Origin: an uncultured Amylibacter sp.
Lineage (GTDB): Bacteria; Pseudomonadota; Alphaproteobacteria; Rhodobacterales; Rhodobacteraceae
NCBI GenBank assembly: GCA_963662815.2
Contig: CAXXWA010000036.1
Span: forward strand, 16,701-80,700
Direction: 5' to 3'
Length of the DNA: 64,000 bases
Shown here: piece by piece, positions 28,681-38,089 of the stretch
Numbering within the stretch: position 1 is the stretch's first letter
Layout of the letters: every line of letters begins with the position of its first letter
Notes under the pieces: generated by a model
The model's input: only the letters and a program-made list of their open reading frames with translations
Databases searched by the model: none
What the model was told of the DNA's origin: nothing
Made by a program: the position numbers and the translations under genes

Positions 28681-30939
28681 CTAACCCACGTCGCAGGCCG
28701 CCAGCACCGCCATGTTCAGTATGTCGTTCACCGTCGATGTCACCGAACAGAGCTTTATGGGCTTGTCGATTCCGGAAAGGATCGGCCCGATGACCGTTGC
28801 GCCCGCGAGTTCCTGGAGCAGCTTGGTCGAAATGGACGCGGAGTGACGCGCCGGCACGACCAGGACATTTGCCGGACCGGACAACCGGCAGAACGGGTAC
28901 TGCTTCATCACTTCCGCATTGAGCGCCACGTCCACTGTCATGTCGCCGTCGAATTCGAAGCTCACGCCCCTTTTCTCCAGGACGCGCGGAGCCAGGAGCA
29001 TTTTTTCGGCGCGCTCCGAAACCGGATACCCGAAGTTCGAGAAACTCACGAAGGCGACCCGCGGCTCGATCCCGATGCTGCGCGCAACGCCTGCCGCACG
29101 TTCTGCGATATCGGCAAGGTCATCCGGCTCGGGCCACTCGTGAACGAGCGTGTCCGCGACAAGGATGATGCGTCCGCGCAGGAGCAGGACGGAAATGCCG
29201 ACGGCGCCGTCGCCTGGGCCTGCATCGAAGACATGGTTGATGAACTGGAGAATGTTCGCAGACTTCCTTGTGGCACCGGTCACCATGGCATCCGCATGCC
29301 CGTGCGCGAGCATGAGCGCCGAAAAGACGTGCCGGTCGCGGGAGGCGAGCCGGTGGCAATCCGCCTGGTCCAGCCCCTTTCTCTGAACGCGCGAATAAAG
29401 GAACTTCCTGTAGTCTTCGAGGTGCTCCGTCTTCGCGGCATTGATGATCTCGATGTCCGCGAGCGCATCCGAAAGGTCCTGCTGTTCCAGCCGGCGGATC
29501 ACGTCGTCTTCCCGCCCAACGACGATCGCGTGCCCCAGACCCTGGCGGACGTATGCCACGGCGGCGCGGACGACACGGTCATCGTTGCCTTCCGAGAAGA
29601 CCATCCGCGCCTGCTTGTTGCGCGCGCGCGCATAGAGAGCCTGCAGAATGGATGCCGTTGGGTCGAGCCTCGACTTGAGATCGAGTTCATAAGCCTTCAT
29701 GTCGGCGATCGGGCGGCGGGCGACTCCTGTGTCCATTCCCGCCCTTGCAACCGCGGGCGGCACCACGTGGATGAGCCTCGGGTCAAAGGGAGTCGGAATT
29801 ATGTAGTCCCGACCGAACCGGAGTTTCTTGCCGTATGCCAGCGCGACTTCGTCCGGCACATCCTGACGGGCAAGCTCGGCGAGCGCTTCCGCGCAGGCGA
29901 TCTTCATTTCGTCGTTGATCGCCCGGGCCTGAATGTCGAGGGCGCCGCGGAACAGATATGGAAACCCGAGCACGTTGTTGACCTGGTTGGGATAGTCTGA
30001 CCGCCCGGTCGCGATGATCGCATCCTCCCTGACCGAGTGCGCCTCTTCCGGCGTGATCTCCGGGTCGGGATTGGCCATGGCGAATATCACCGGGTTCTCG
30101 GCCATGGACAGTAGCATGGATTCCGTGACGGCCCCCTTTACCGAGACTCCGAGGAAAACGTCGGAACCGATCATGGCGTCCTCGAGGGTGCGGGCGTCCG
30201 TCTTTGCCGCGTGGGCGGATTTCCACTGGTTCATCCCCTCGGTCCGGCCCTTGTAGATCACGCCCCTGGAGTCGCAGACGATGCAGTTGTCCGGCCTTGC
30301 CCCCATCGCCTTCACGAGTTCCAGGCAGGCGATGCCGGCGGCGCCGGCTCCATTGACGACAATCCTGCACTCCTCGATCTTCTTGGAGGACAATTTCAGC
30401 GCGTTGATCAACCCTGCGGCGCAGATCACCGCGGTTCCGTGCTGGTCGTCATGGAAGACGGGAATGTTCATCTCGCTCTTGAGCCTCTGCTCGATGATGA
30501 AGCACTCGGGAGCCTTTATGTCCTCGAGATTTATGCCGCCGAATCCGGTCCCCAGAAGCCTGACCGCGCTGATGAACTCTTCAGGATCCTCAGTGTCCAG
30601 TTCGAGGTCGATCGAGTTGATGTCCGCGAAACGCTTGAAGAGCGCGGCCTTGCCCTCCATGACCGGCTTCGCCGCAAGTGCTCCGAGATTCCCGAGGCCG
30701 AGAATTGCCGTACCATTTGTCACGACGGCAACTATGTTGCCCTTCGTCGTGTAGTCGTAGGCGAGTTCCGGCTCTTCGGCGATGACCTGCACGGGGACCG
30801 CCACGCCTGGCGAGTATGCCAAGGACAGGTCACGCTGTGTCGTCATCGCACTTGAGGCGACCACCTCCAGTTTCCCGGGATTCGGCTCAGCGTGATACTG
30901 AAGCGATTCCTCGGGAGTCAGTTTGGCGTTCTCACTCAT
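28681..30939 (-). CDS. maeB: NADP-dependent malic enzyme with C-terminal phosphotransacetylase-like domain
   Basis: Start ATG 30939 (MSENAKLTPEESLQYH...), about 752 aa. It combines a malic-enzyme core (VVTNGTAILGLGNLG, VVNGAGAAGIA) with a PTA-like C-terminal domain. Confidence 0.92.
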   Translation of the reverse strand: MSENAKLTPEESLQYHAEPNPGKLEVVASSAMTTQRDLSLAYSPGVAVPVQVIAEEPELAYDYTTKGNIVAVVTNGTAILGLGNLGALAAKPVMEGKAALFKRFADINSIDLELDTEDPEEFISAVRLLGTGFGGINLEDIKAPECFIIEQRLKSEMNIPVFHDDQHGTAVICAAGLINALKLSSKKIEECRIVVNGAGAAGIACLELVKAMGARPDNCIVCDSRGVIYKGRTEGMNQWKSAHAAKTDARTLEDAMIGSDVFLGVSVKGAVTESMLLSMAENPVIFAMANPDPEITPEEAHSVREDAIIATGRSDYPNQVNNVLGFPYLFRGALDIQARAINDEMKIACAEALAELARQDVPDEVALAYGKKLRFGRDYIIPTPFDPRLIHVVPPAVARAGMDTGVARRPIADMKAYELDLKSRLDPTASILQALYARARNKQARMVFSEGNDDRVVRAAVAYVRQGLGHAIVVGREDDVIRRLEQQDLSDALADIEIINAAKTEHLEDYRKFLYSRVQRKGLDQADCHRLASRDRHVFSALMLAHGHADAMVTGATRKSANILQFINHVFDAGPGDGAVGISVLLLRGRIILVADTLVHEWPEPDDLADIAERAAGVARSIGIEPRVAFVSFSNFGYPVSERAEKMLLAPRVLEKRGVSFEFDGDMTVDVALNAEVMKQYPFCRLSGPANVLVVPARHSASISTKLLQELAGATVIGPILSGIDKPIKLCSVTSTVNDILNMAVLAACDVG

Positions 30940-31431
30940 CGCTTTCTTCCGCTCCCGTCCAGGAGGTATCGCCGACGCGGCAAGGCCTCTTCCGGGCCCG
31001 CCGCCGGCACAGCCCGTCCAGCCCACTTTCGGTGGCGCTCCGTATTTTGTTCAACGTTGAACGATATGTTAGATCAACTGCTTCAAGAAAACAACATTGG
31101 GATCAGGTTTCGAAAGCACTCGCGACGCAAAGCCGCGCGGCATACTGTTTCAAGCGCTGGAGCTGGATGTACCCGTCACCCTCGCGGAACGGGTAGACAT
31201 GTTAGACCTGGCCCAGCACTGAATTCGCGCCTTCTGCACCCTGTCTGGATCGAAACCCGTAAGTCCCCCGTCGACGCAATGCTACGGAGAACGGGCCGCA
31301 GCACGACATGGAATACGCGGGACGATGTGGTGGGAACGGCGAATGGCAAATTGACGGCGATTGCAGTGTCTGGAAGCGGCGTTGCGTGACGATGTCGCCG
31401 GCAATTGTGGGTTAAGTCGTAGGAGAAAAAC

Positions 31432-31757
31432 ATGAAGAGCACAATTTGGCTGTCCTACGATCTGGGGGTGAGCAGCGACTGCGAAGGTTTGTATTCTTGG
31501 TTGGAGAACACGGAGCGAAGGAATGTGGTTCGAGTGTCGCGTTCCTGAAAGACTACGAATTCGAGGACAATCTGCTGGATTGCTTGAAGGCAGACATTGG
31601 CGATGCTGTTGCACTGAATCGCCGATCACGCATCTATGTGATTTTTCGGGATAGGGACAACGGACGCTCACGAGGAAAATACCTGATTGGAAGGCGAGGG
31701 GCTCCACCGCGGACTGGTTTCGGCGATGAACCGGAACACGAGCTTGACGAAGACTGA
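31432..31757 (+). pseudogene. small unknown protein (about 108 aa if repaired) upstream of and overlapping the PIN gene; candidate antitoxin/partner, frameshifted
   Basis: AGGAG RBS (31421-31425), then ATG 31432. This frame reads MKSTIWLSYDLGVSSDCEGLYSWLEN and runs to TGA 31546. The obvious continuation, HGAKECGSSVAFLKDYEFEDNLLDCLKADIGDAVALNRRSRIYVIFRDRDNGRSRGKYLIGRRGAPPRTGFGDEPEHELDED, is in the frame of track ORF 31446..31757. A 1-nt indel near 31505-31510 would join the two. The stop TGA overlaps the PIN ATG (TGATG). Confidence 0.5.
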
Positions 31758-32201
31758 TGGTCGACAGAGGGCGGGTTTTGGTTGATACCGGCTACTTCTT
31801 TGCGCTGTTCAATGAGCGGGATCGATTCCACGAATCTGCCCACGAGATGGAAGAGTTGCTTGATTCGGCACCGATTATCCTGCCGTGGCCCATCCTGTAT
31901 GAAGCCTTGAACACCCGTCCTGTGCGCCGGCCTGGGAATCTGGCGAGGTTTCGCGCGATCGTCGGATCGGCAGAGACGATTTTGCTCGATGACACGCCAC
32001 GCCACGCCATACCGGGAAAAGTCGCTCTCGGCGTTGCTCACGCGACATTTGGCGACAACCTTGCCCAGTCTGGTCGATGCAGTTCTTTTCAACATCATCA
32101 AGGATGTGAATGTGCCGATATCGGCCATGTTGACTTTCAACGAGCGGGACTTTCTGACGATCTGCCATCAAAACAATGTCGAGTTGCTGAACTCCACCTG
32201 A
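31757..32201 (+). pseudogene. PIN-domain (VapC-like) ribonuclease toxin, frameshifted by a pentanucleotide repeat expansion
   Basis: The N-terminal part (frame of 31757) reads MVDRGRVLVDTGYFFALFNERDRFHESA...ILLDDTP, with the first PIN acidic residues. The C-terminal part (frame of 31989) reads YREKSLSALL...SLVDAVLFNIIKDVNVPISAMLTFNERDF...ST*, with the last PIN acidic motif. The two frames switch exactly at (ACGCC)3, 31994-32008. With one repeat copy the ORF is a continuous 144-aa PIN protein. Confidence 0.7.
31994..32008 (+). repeat. (ACGCC)x3 tandem pentanucleotide repeat inside the PIN gene
   Basis: Read directly: gac ACGCC ACGCC ACGCC atac. Copy numbers 1 or 4 keep the PIN frame open, and 3 (as here) breaks it. 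Confidence 0.9.
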
Positions 32202-32760
32202 AGCCAGGCGGAGTATCGGAGAGGCCTGATCTTTCGATGTCGCGAAGAGCAGTCGCCAATCGTCGGAAAACGCGACGCGGAAAGTGCAGAAAAACTGCAC
32301 TGCTTGGGGAAACCATGCATCCGCCACTTTCAGCCCGTAGCACATCGCTGGCCGGTTTCGCGAAAATGCAACGCAACATCGCCTCCTGGTGCATGAACCG
32401 GATTCGAATTCTGCGCCGCAATCTGGCTGACGATGTCAGGAAAACTCCACGCAAGGCAGAGCGTAAACTGACGGACAGATCAAGAAACTCGCAAAGCCGA
32501 TCGCCAGCTCTGGATGTCGCTCGCGACATTCATCATTCCAATCGAGCCGAGCAACCCGCGATGCCAGGACGCGCGGCGCGGGATTGAACAAAAGGCCGCC
32601 GAGTCGGCAATGCGACAGGCTGACCAGATAGTGCAGCTGACCGCCCGCGCGGCGCTGGCGAAACAGCACTTCATTCGGACGGCTTGGCACTTCCGTTTGA
32701 CAGGGCTTCCCAATTTGGCAGACATAGCGTCTGCCGAAGTCCGGGACAGGAGAAAGCCAG

Positions 32761-35421
32761 GTGCCGAAGTCCGCGTTGTCGGTCACGCCAATGATGGCCC
32801 AGTACCTGGAGATCAAGGCCGACTACCCTGACGCGCTCCTTTTCTACCGCATGGGCGACTTCTACGAAATGTTCTTCGACGATGCGGTCGCTGCGGCCGA
32901 TGCGCTCGACATCGCCCTGACGAAGCGCGGGAAACATCGCGGCGCGGAAGTGCCCATGTGCGGCGTACCCGTTCAGGCCGCCGACGGATACCTCCAGACA
33001 CTCATCCGGCGCGGCTTCCGCGTTGCCGTCTGCGAACAGCTCGAGACTCCGGAGCAGGCCAGGGCGAGAGGTTCGAAATCGGTCGTGAAACGCGACGTGA
33101 CCCGCGTGATCAGTCCCGGAACCGTGACCGAGGACAGCCTGCTCGTGGCACGACAGCACAGCTTTCTCTGCGCATTCTCGGAGATTCGGGGGCATTCCGC
33201 AGTCTCCTGGGCCGACATAACGACCGGCGACTTCCGGGTTCAGCAGTGCCTCCGAGTGTCTCTCGGGCCGATGCTCGCGCGCCTGGCGCCCAGGGAAGTC
33301 CTGATTTCGGAAGCGATCGACGATTCCTTGCGCAGCGTGATCGAGGAAGCCGGCGCCAGCGCGACCGTGCTATCGCGGGCGAGTTTCGACAGCGCGTCCG
33401 CGGATTCCAAGTTGCGGGAACTGTTTCGCGTGGCTTCGCTTGAAGGATTCGGCTTTTTCGGGAAATCCGAACTTTCGGCAATGGGCGCCATCGTCGACTA
33501 TCTGGAATTGACCCAGAAAGGGAGTTTCCCCAGACTTCGCCGCCCTGTCCGGGAGAACAGCAGCGATACCATGCAGATCGACGCCTCAACCCGGCGCAAT
33601 CTGGAACTGACCAGGAGTCTCTCGGGCGATCGAACCGGATCGCTCCTTGCCAGCGTGGACCGGACGGTCACGAGCGCCGGCGCCAGGATGCTCGAACACA
33701 GGTTGGCGAGCCCTTCGACGCGCGTCGAGACGATCGAGCGCCGACTCGACTCCGTCGACTTTTTCCATGCCTCCGGGGAGCTTGCCCGTGCGTGCAGGAA
33801 ACTTCTCCGGCCGGTACCGGACATGGGTCGCGCCCTCAATCGCCTGTCGCTCCGGCGTGGCGGTCCCCGCGATGTCGCGGCCATTCGCGATGGCCTGCGT
33901 CAGGCGGACATGATCGCCGCCGAGTTTCCGAAAGACGGGTTGCCCGCCGAAGTCGCCGAAGCCGTTGCAAACCTTCGCGGTCACGGGGAATTGCAGACAT
34001 GTCTTGACGCGGCGCTGGTTCCTGACCCGCCGTTCCTCGCCAGGGACGGCGGTTTCGTCGCTCCTGGACATGATCCCGACCTCGACGCGGCCAGAGACCT
34101 GCGGGACGGCGGCCGCAGGGTCATATCCGGCCTCCAGGAAAAATACCGCGATCTCAGCGGAATCGCGTCGCTGAAGGTCCGGCACAACAATGTCCTTGGA
34201 TACTTCGTCGAGACTCCGTCACGCTACGCAGATGCGATGCTCGGAGCCCCTCTCTCCGAGACCTTCATCCACAGGCAGACGACTGCGAATTCTCTGCGCT
34301 TCACGACGCGGGAGCTGTCGCAGCTCGAGACCGGCATTCTGGAGGCTGCCGGTCAGGCGCTGGAAATCGAATTGCGGATATTCGACGCTTTGTCGGATCA
34401 GGTTGTCTCCGGAGCGGAGTCCGTCGCTGAAGCCGCCGATGCCCTCGCGGCCATCGATCTCGCCGCTTCTTTCGCCGACCTCGCGGCAGAGGAAAACTGG
34501 GTCCGCCCGTCCGTCTTTTCCGATAGGCGGTTCCGGATCCGCGCGGGCCGGCATCCCGTGGTGGAAGCAGCACTTCGAAAGGGCAGTTCCGGGTCGTTCG
34601 TCGCGAACGACTGTGATCTCTCCGGCGAAGATGGGCGTGAATGTTCGATTTGGCTCGTGACCGGCCCGAACATGGCGGGAAAGTCCACTTTCCTTCGCCA
34701 GAACGCGCTCATTCTGCTTCTCACGCAGACGGGCAGTTTCGTTCCGGCGGAAAGCGCGGAAATCGGAATTGCGACGCAGTTGTTTTCACGGGTCGGCGCA
34801 TCCGATGACCTAGCACGCGGGCGTTCGACCTTCATGGTGGAAATGGTCGAAACCGCCGCGATACTCAATCGCGCTGACGAGAGCGCATTCGTCATTCTGG
34901 ACGAGATCGGACGCGGCACCGCAACCTATGACGGTCTGTCGATCGCCTGGGCGACTCTCGAATACCTTCACGAGGTCAAGCGGTGCCGGACAATGTTCGC
35001 GACGCACTACCACGAGTTGACCGCGCTCGAAACGAAGCTCGAAAACCTGTCCAATGCCACCGTTGCGGTTCGGGAATGGAAGGGAGAGATCGTCTTTCTT
35101 CACGAGGTCCGGCAAGGTGCCGCGGACCGGTCGTACGGCGTGCAGGTCGCGCGGCTCGCCGGCCTGCCAGAGGGCGTCATCGAACGCGCGACCTCGGTCC
35201 TGGACGCATTGGAGCGCGGAGAACAGCAAGGCGGCAACCGTGTCGAGGCGGCGTTGACAGGATTGCCGCTGTTCGAAAACGCGCCCGTTGCGACAGCGCC
35301 CGCGCAGAGCGTCGAGCGCTCGCCGGTGATCCGGAAGCTGCGCGACGTCCATCCCGACGAATTCACGCCGCGCGACGCGTTGGACCTCATCTACGAACTG
35401 AAGGCGCTCCTCGACCCTTGA
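32761..35421 (+). CDS. mutS: DNA mismatch repair protein MutS
   Basis: 886 aa starting at GTG 32761. It begins (V)PKSALSVTPMMAQYLEIKADYPDALLFYRMGDFYEMFFDDA, has Walker A GPNMAGKST, and contains DEIGRGTATYDG. Confidence 0.97.
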   Translation: MPKSALSVTPMMAQYLEIKADYPDALLFYRMGDFYEMFFDDAVAAADALDIALTKRGKHRGAEVPMCGVPVQAADGYLQTLIRRGFRVAVCEQLETPEQARARGSKSVVKRDVTRVISPGTVTEDSLLVARQHSFLCAFSEIRGHSAVSWADITTGDFRVQQCLRVSLGPMLARLAPREVLISEAIDDSLRSVIEEAGASATVLSRASFDSASADSKLRELFRVASLEGFGFFGKSELSAMGAIVDYLELTQKGSFPRLRRPVRENSSDTMQIDASTRRNLELTRSLSGDRTGSLLASVDRTVTSAGARMLEHRLASPSTRVETIERRLDSVDFFHASGELARACRKLLRPVPDMGRALNRLSLRRGGPRDVAAIRDGLRQADMIAAEFPKDGLPAEVAEAVANLRGHGELQTCLDAALVPDPPFLARDGGFVAPGHDPDLDAARDLRDGGRRVISGLQEKYRDLSGIASLKVRHNNVLGYFVETPSRYADAMLGAPLSETFIHRQTTANSLRFTTRELSQLETGILEAAGQALEIELRIFDALSDQVVSGAESVAEAADALAAIDLAASFADLAAEENWVRPSVFSDRRFRIRAGRHPVVEAALRKGSSGSFVANDCDLSGEDGRECSIWLVTGPNMAGKSTFLRQNALILLLTQTGSFVPAESAEIGIATQLFSRVGASDDLARGRSTFMVEMVETAAILNRADESAFVILDEIGRGTATYDGLSIAWATLEYLHEVKRCRTMFATHYHELTALETKLENLSNATVAVREWKGEIVFLHEVRQGAADRSYGVQVARLAGLPEGVIERATSVLDALERGEQQGGNRVEAALTGLPLFENAPVATAPAQSVERSPVIRKLRDVHPDEFTPRDALDLIYELKALLDP

Positions 35422-35438
35422 TCCGGCATGATGCCGGA
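35422..35438. terminator. GC-rich hairpin between convergent mutS and grpE (possible bidirectional terminator, no U-tract)
   Basis: TCCGGCA-tga-TGCCGGA is a perfect 7-bp stem directly after the mutS stop. Confidence 0.3.
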
Positions 35439-35456
35439 ATCCGGGGCGGCGAGGAA

Positions 35457-36158
35457 TCACGTGTTCGGCGACCCCGACGACACCCCGACCTCTGCCGGCC
35501 TGAGGAGGCGGTCCGCCATGACGAAGCCCTCCCTGAGGACGGTCGCGATGCAGCCGGCCGGGACATCCGGATTGGGCGCATTGAAGACGGCGGAATGTTG
35601 CTTCGGATCGAACTTGTCGCCGACCGACGGTTCGACCGGAACAATGCCGTTCCGCGAAAACGCTTCGACAAGGTCGCGCTTCGTCAACTCGATTCCCTCA
35701 ATCAGCCCGCCCGCCACCTCGCGTTGCGAATCATCTACCGCCGAAAGAGCCCTGTTCATGTTGTCGAAGACCGAAAGCAGGTCCATTGCCAGCCTCCTGC
35801 CGCCGTAGACCTCCGCATCGCGGCGTACGCGTTCGCCGCGCTTGCGCGTGTTGTCGACTTCCGCAAGGGCGCGCATGAGCCTGTCGCGCAGGTCGTCGAC
35901 TTCGGCGCGCGCCGCCGCAAGCTCTCCCGCGACGTCGGCATCGGCGCCGCCCTCGTCGGACACGTCATCATTGGCGCTGTCCGCGGCGCCGGCGTCCTCC
36001 GGAGCATCCGCAGTCTCCTTGCCGTCAAGGTCCGCGGGCGCTGCCGCATTGGCGGAAACCGCCTCCTGCTCCCCGGCATCGCCGATGCGCTTGTCATCCG
36101 AGGATTCTCCGGAAAATTCGGGCTCCGGGCCGGATTCTTCTTTGACGTTCTTGTCCAT
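35457..36158 (-). CDS. grpE: nucleotide exchange factor GrpE
   Basis: 233 aa. It has an acidic N-terminal region and then the GrpE core (LRDRLMRALAEVDNTRKR...FDPKQHSAV...V.REGF....RLLRPAEVGV). Confidence 0.93.
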   Translation of the reverse strand: MDKNVKEESGPEPEFSGESSDDKRIGDAGEQEAVSANAAAPADLDGKETADAPEDAGAADSANDDVSDEGGADADVAGELAAARAEVDDLRDRLMRALAEVDNTRKRGERVRRDAEVYGGRRLAMDLLSVFDNMNRALSAVDDSQREVAGGLIEGIELTKRDLVEAFSRNGIVPVEPSVGDKFDPKQHSAVFNAPNPDVPAGCIATVLREGFVMADRLLRPAEVGVSSGSPNT

Positions 36159-36176
36159 CTCGTCCTTCGCGCCTGC

Positions 36177-37307
36177 CTAGTTTTTTGCAGACATCAGCCT
36201 CCCTACCAGTTGGGCCGTGTAGTTTACAATGGGAACCACGCGCCCGTAGTTGAGGCGCGTCGGTCCGATCACGCCGACTGCTCCGACAATCCTGTGATCG
36301 GAATTGATATAGGGCGAAACGACCATAGATGAACCCGAGAGCGAAAAAAGTTTGTTTTCGGATCCGATGAATATCCTCACGCCTGCTCCGTGTTCCGCCA
36401 GTTCGAGGAACTCCACGATCTCCCGCTTCCGCTCCAGATCGTCCAGAAGCTCGCGAATTCTCTCCAGTTCCTCCTCGCCGGCCGCGTCGTCGAGAAGGTT
36501 GGATCTGCCGCGCACGATCAAACGCGACTCGGGCGAGGCCTCTTCCGACCACACGGCGACGCCGTTCTCGATCAGTTCACGCGCAAGGCTGTCGACTTCC
36601 TGCCATCGCGAGTTGATCTCGCTTTCCACGACCGCCTTCAGCTCGCTCACCGTGTGATTCTTGGTAATCGCATTCAGAAAGTTCGCCGCCTCGCGCATTG
36701 ATGACGGCGTCTGTCCTCTGGGCAACTCGAAAATCCGGTTCTCCACCTTGCCATCTACGGTGACCAGCACCACGAGTCCCCTTTCGGGCGACAGCGCCAC
36801 GAGTTCGATGTGCTTTATCGGCGCATCGGATTTCGGCACCAGCACGATGCCCGCGTTTCGTGTCAGGTTCGAAAGCAGCGACCCGGCGCGTTCAAGCATC
36901 GATTCAATGCCGCCGGACCTGTTCTCCAGCGAATCCTCGATCCACGTCTGTTCATGCTTCTCGATATCGCCGACTTCCAGCAGCCCGTCCACGAATATGC
37001 GAAGGCCGACCTGGGTGGGGACCCGTCCCGCGGAAATGTGCGGACTCGCAAGCAGTCCGAGAAACTCCAGATCCTGCATGACATTGCGGACGGTGGCGGC
37101 GGATACCCTTTCCGACATGCTGCGCGTCAAGGTCCGCGACCCGACGGGGTCGCCGTGTTCGAGATATGATTCCACAAGGAGCCGGAAGACCTCGCGGCTT
37201 CTGGCGTCCAGATCATCGAGAGGATTTGTTTGGGGCAGAACCAAGCCGCAATCCCGGTCATTCTCCGGCAGCGCATTCAGCCTAATGACCGGGCAACATC
37301 CGGTCAA
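36177..37307 (-). CDS. hrcA: heat-inducible transcription repressor HrcA
   Basis: It contains [30 protein letters not shown] (winged helix) and a C-terminal GSENKLFSL...[21 protein letters not shown]. The start is uncertain: the track start is a TTG and an internal start is possible. Confidence 0.9.
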   Translation of the reverse strand: MTGCCPVIRLNALPENDRDCGLVLPQTNPLDDLDARSREVFRLLVESYLEHGDPVGSRTLTRSMSERVSAATVRNVMQDLEFLGLLASPHISAGRVPTQVGLRIFVDGLLEVGDIEKHEQTWIEDSLENRSGGIESMLERAGSLLSNLTRNAGIVLVPKSDAPIKHIELVALSPERGLVVLVTVDGKVENRIFELPRGQTPSSMREAANFLNAITKNHTVSELKAVVESEINSRWQEVDSLARELIENGVAVWSEEASPESRLIVRGRSNLLDDAAGEEELERIRELLDDLERKREIVEFLELAEHGAGVRIFIGSENKLFSLSGSSMVVSPYINSDHRIVGAVGVIGPTRLNYGRVVPIVNYTAQLVGRLMSAKN

Positions 37308-37372
37308 TCGGCTTGCAAGGGTCCGTACAGGATTGTATCTGCGGTCTTCGGCGACAGAACGGGATTGAAGCC

Positions 37373-38089
37373 TTGCGACAATTCGGACGGAAATCCGACG
37401 AACTCAGGCTGACGGACATCGAGACTGGCGTGAACAGGCATGCCGAGGGATCCTGCCTGATCAGGTCCGGCGACACGCATGTCCTGTGTACGGCGACCCT
37501 TGAAACGCGCGTGCCGCACTTCCTCAGGAATTCGGGACTCGGTTGGGTAACCGCAGAGTACGGCATGTTGCCTCGCGCGACGACGGATCGAAACCGACGC
37601 GAGGCTTCGGTAGGAAAGCAGTCCGGCCGAACCCTTGAAATTCAACGCCTTGTCGGCCGGTCTCTCCGGGCATGCGTGGACCGCGTCCGCCTTGGGGAAC
37701 GGCAGATCACCATCGATTGCGATGTCTTGCAGGCCGACGGCGGCACGCGATGCGCATCCGTCACGGGTGGATGGGTTGCTCTCAGGCTGGCCGTCGACCG
37801 CCTCTTGTCCCGGGGTGTGGTCAAGAGCGACCCCATCCTCGACCTTGTTGCCGCGGTAAGTTGCGGAATCGTCGGCGGACGGGCGATTCTCGACCTGGAC
37901 TACGGGGAAGACAGGCAAGCCGGAACAGATGCCAATTTCGTGATGACCGGCTCGGGCAAATTGATCGAGATCCAGTGTTCCGCAGAGGGCGCGCCCTTCG
38001 ACCGGTCCGAGTTCGACGCGATGTTCGGGCTTGCGGCGCGCGGCATCTCGACAATCGTGTCGCTCCAGAAGGACGCTGTAGCCGAATAA
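37373..38089 (+). CDS. rph: ribonuclease PH
   Basis: The best start is TTG 37373, giving a 238-aa protein ([30 protein letters not shown]...), the canonical RNase PH length and N-terminus. [14 protein letters not shown] and [12 protein letters not shown] motifs are present. Confidence 0.9.
   Translation: MRQFGRKSDELRLTDIETGVNRHAEGSCLIRSGDTHVLCTATLETRVPHFLRNSGLGWVTAEYGMLPRATTDRNRREASVGKQSGRTLEIQRLVGRSLRACVDRVRLGERQITIDCDVLQADGGTRCASVTGGWVALRLAVDRLLSRGVVKSDPILDLVAAVSCGIVGGRAILDLDYGEDRQAGTDANFVMTGSGKLIEIQCSAEGAPFDRSEFDAMFGLAARGISTIVSLQKDAVAE

Noticed and set aside
32202-32760. Several 80-130-aa ORFs on both strands between the PIN gene and mutS (e.g. 32137..32529, 32436..32816, 32514..32831)
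   Set aside because: They have no RBS and no recognisable motifs, they mutually overlap, and their composition is atypical of real proteins. I treat the segment as non-coding remnant sequence.
37308-37372. I searched for a CIRCE element (TTAGCACTC-N9-GAGTGCTAA) upstream of hrcA-grpE and upstream of dnaK (25308-25545)
   Set aside because: No match or near-match was seen. In alphaproteobacteria CIRCE is usually confined to groESL, which is not in this window.
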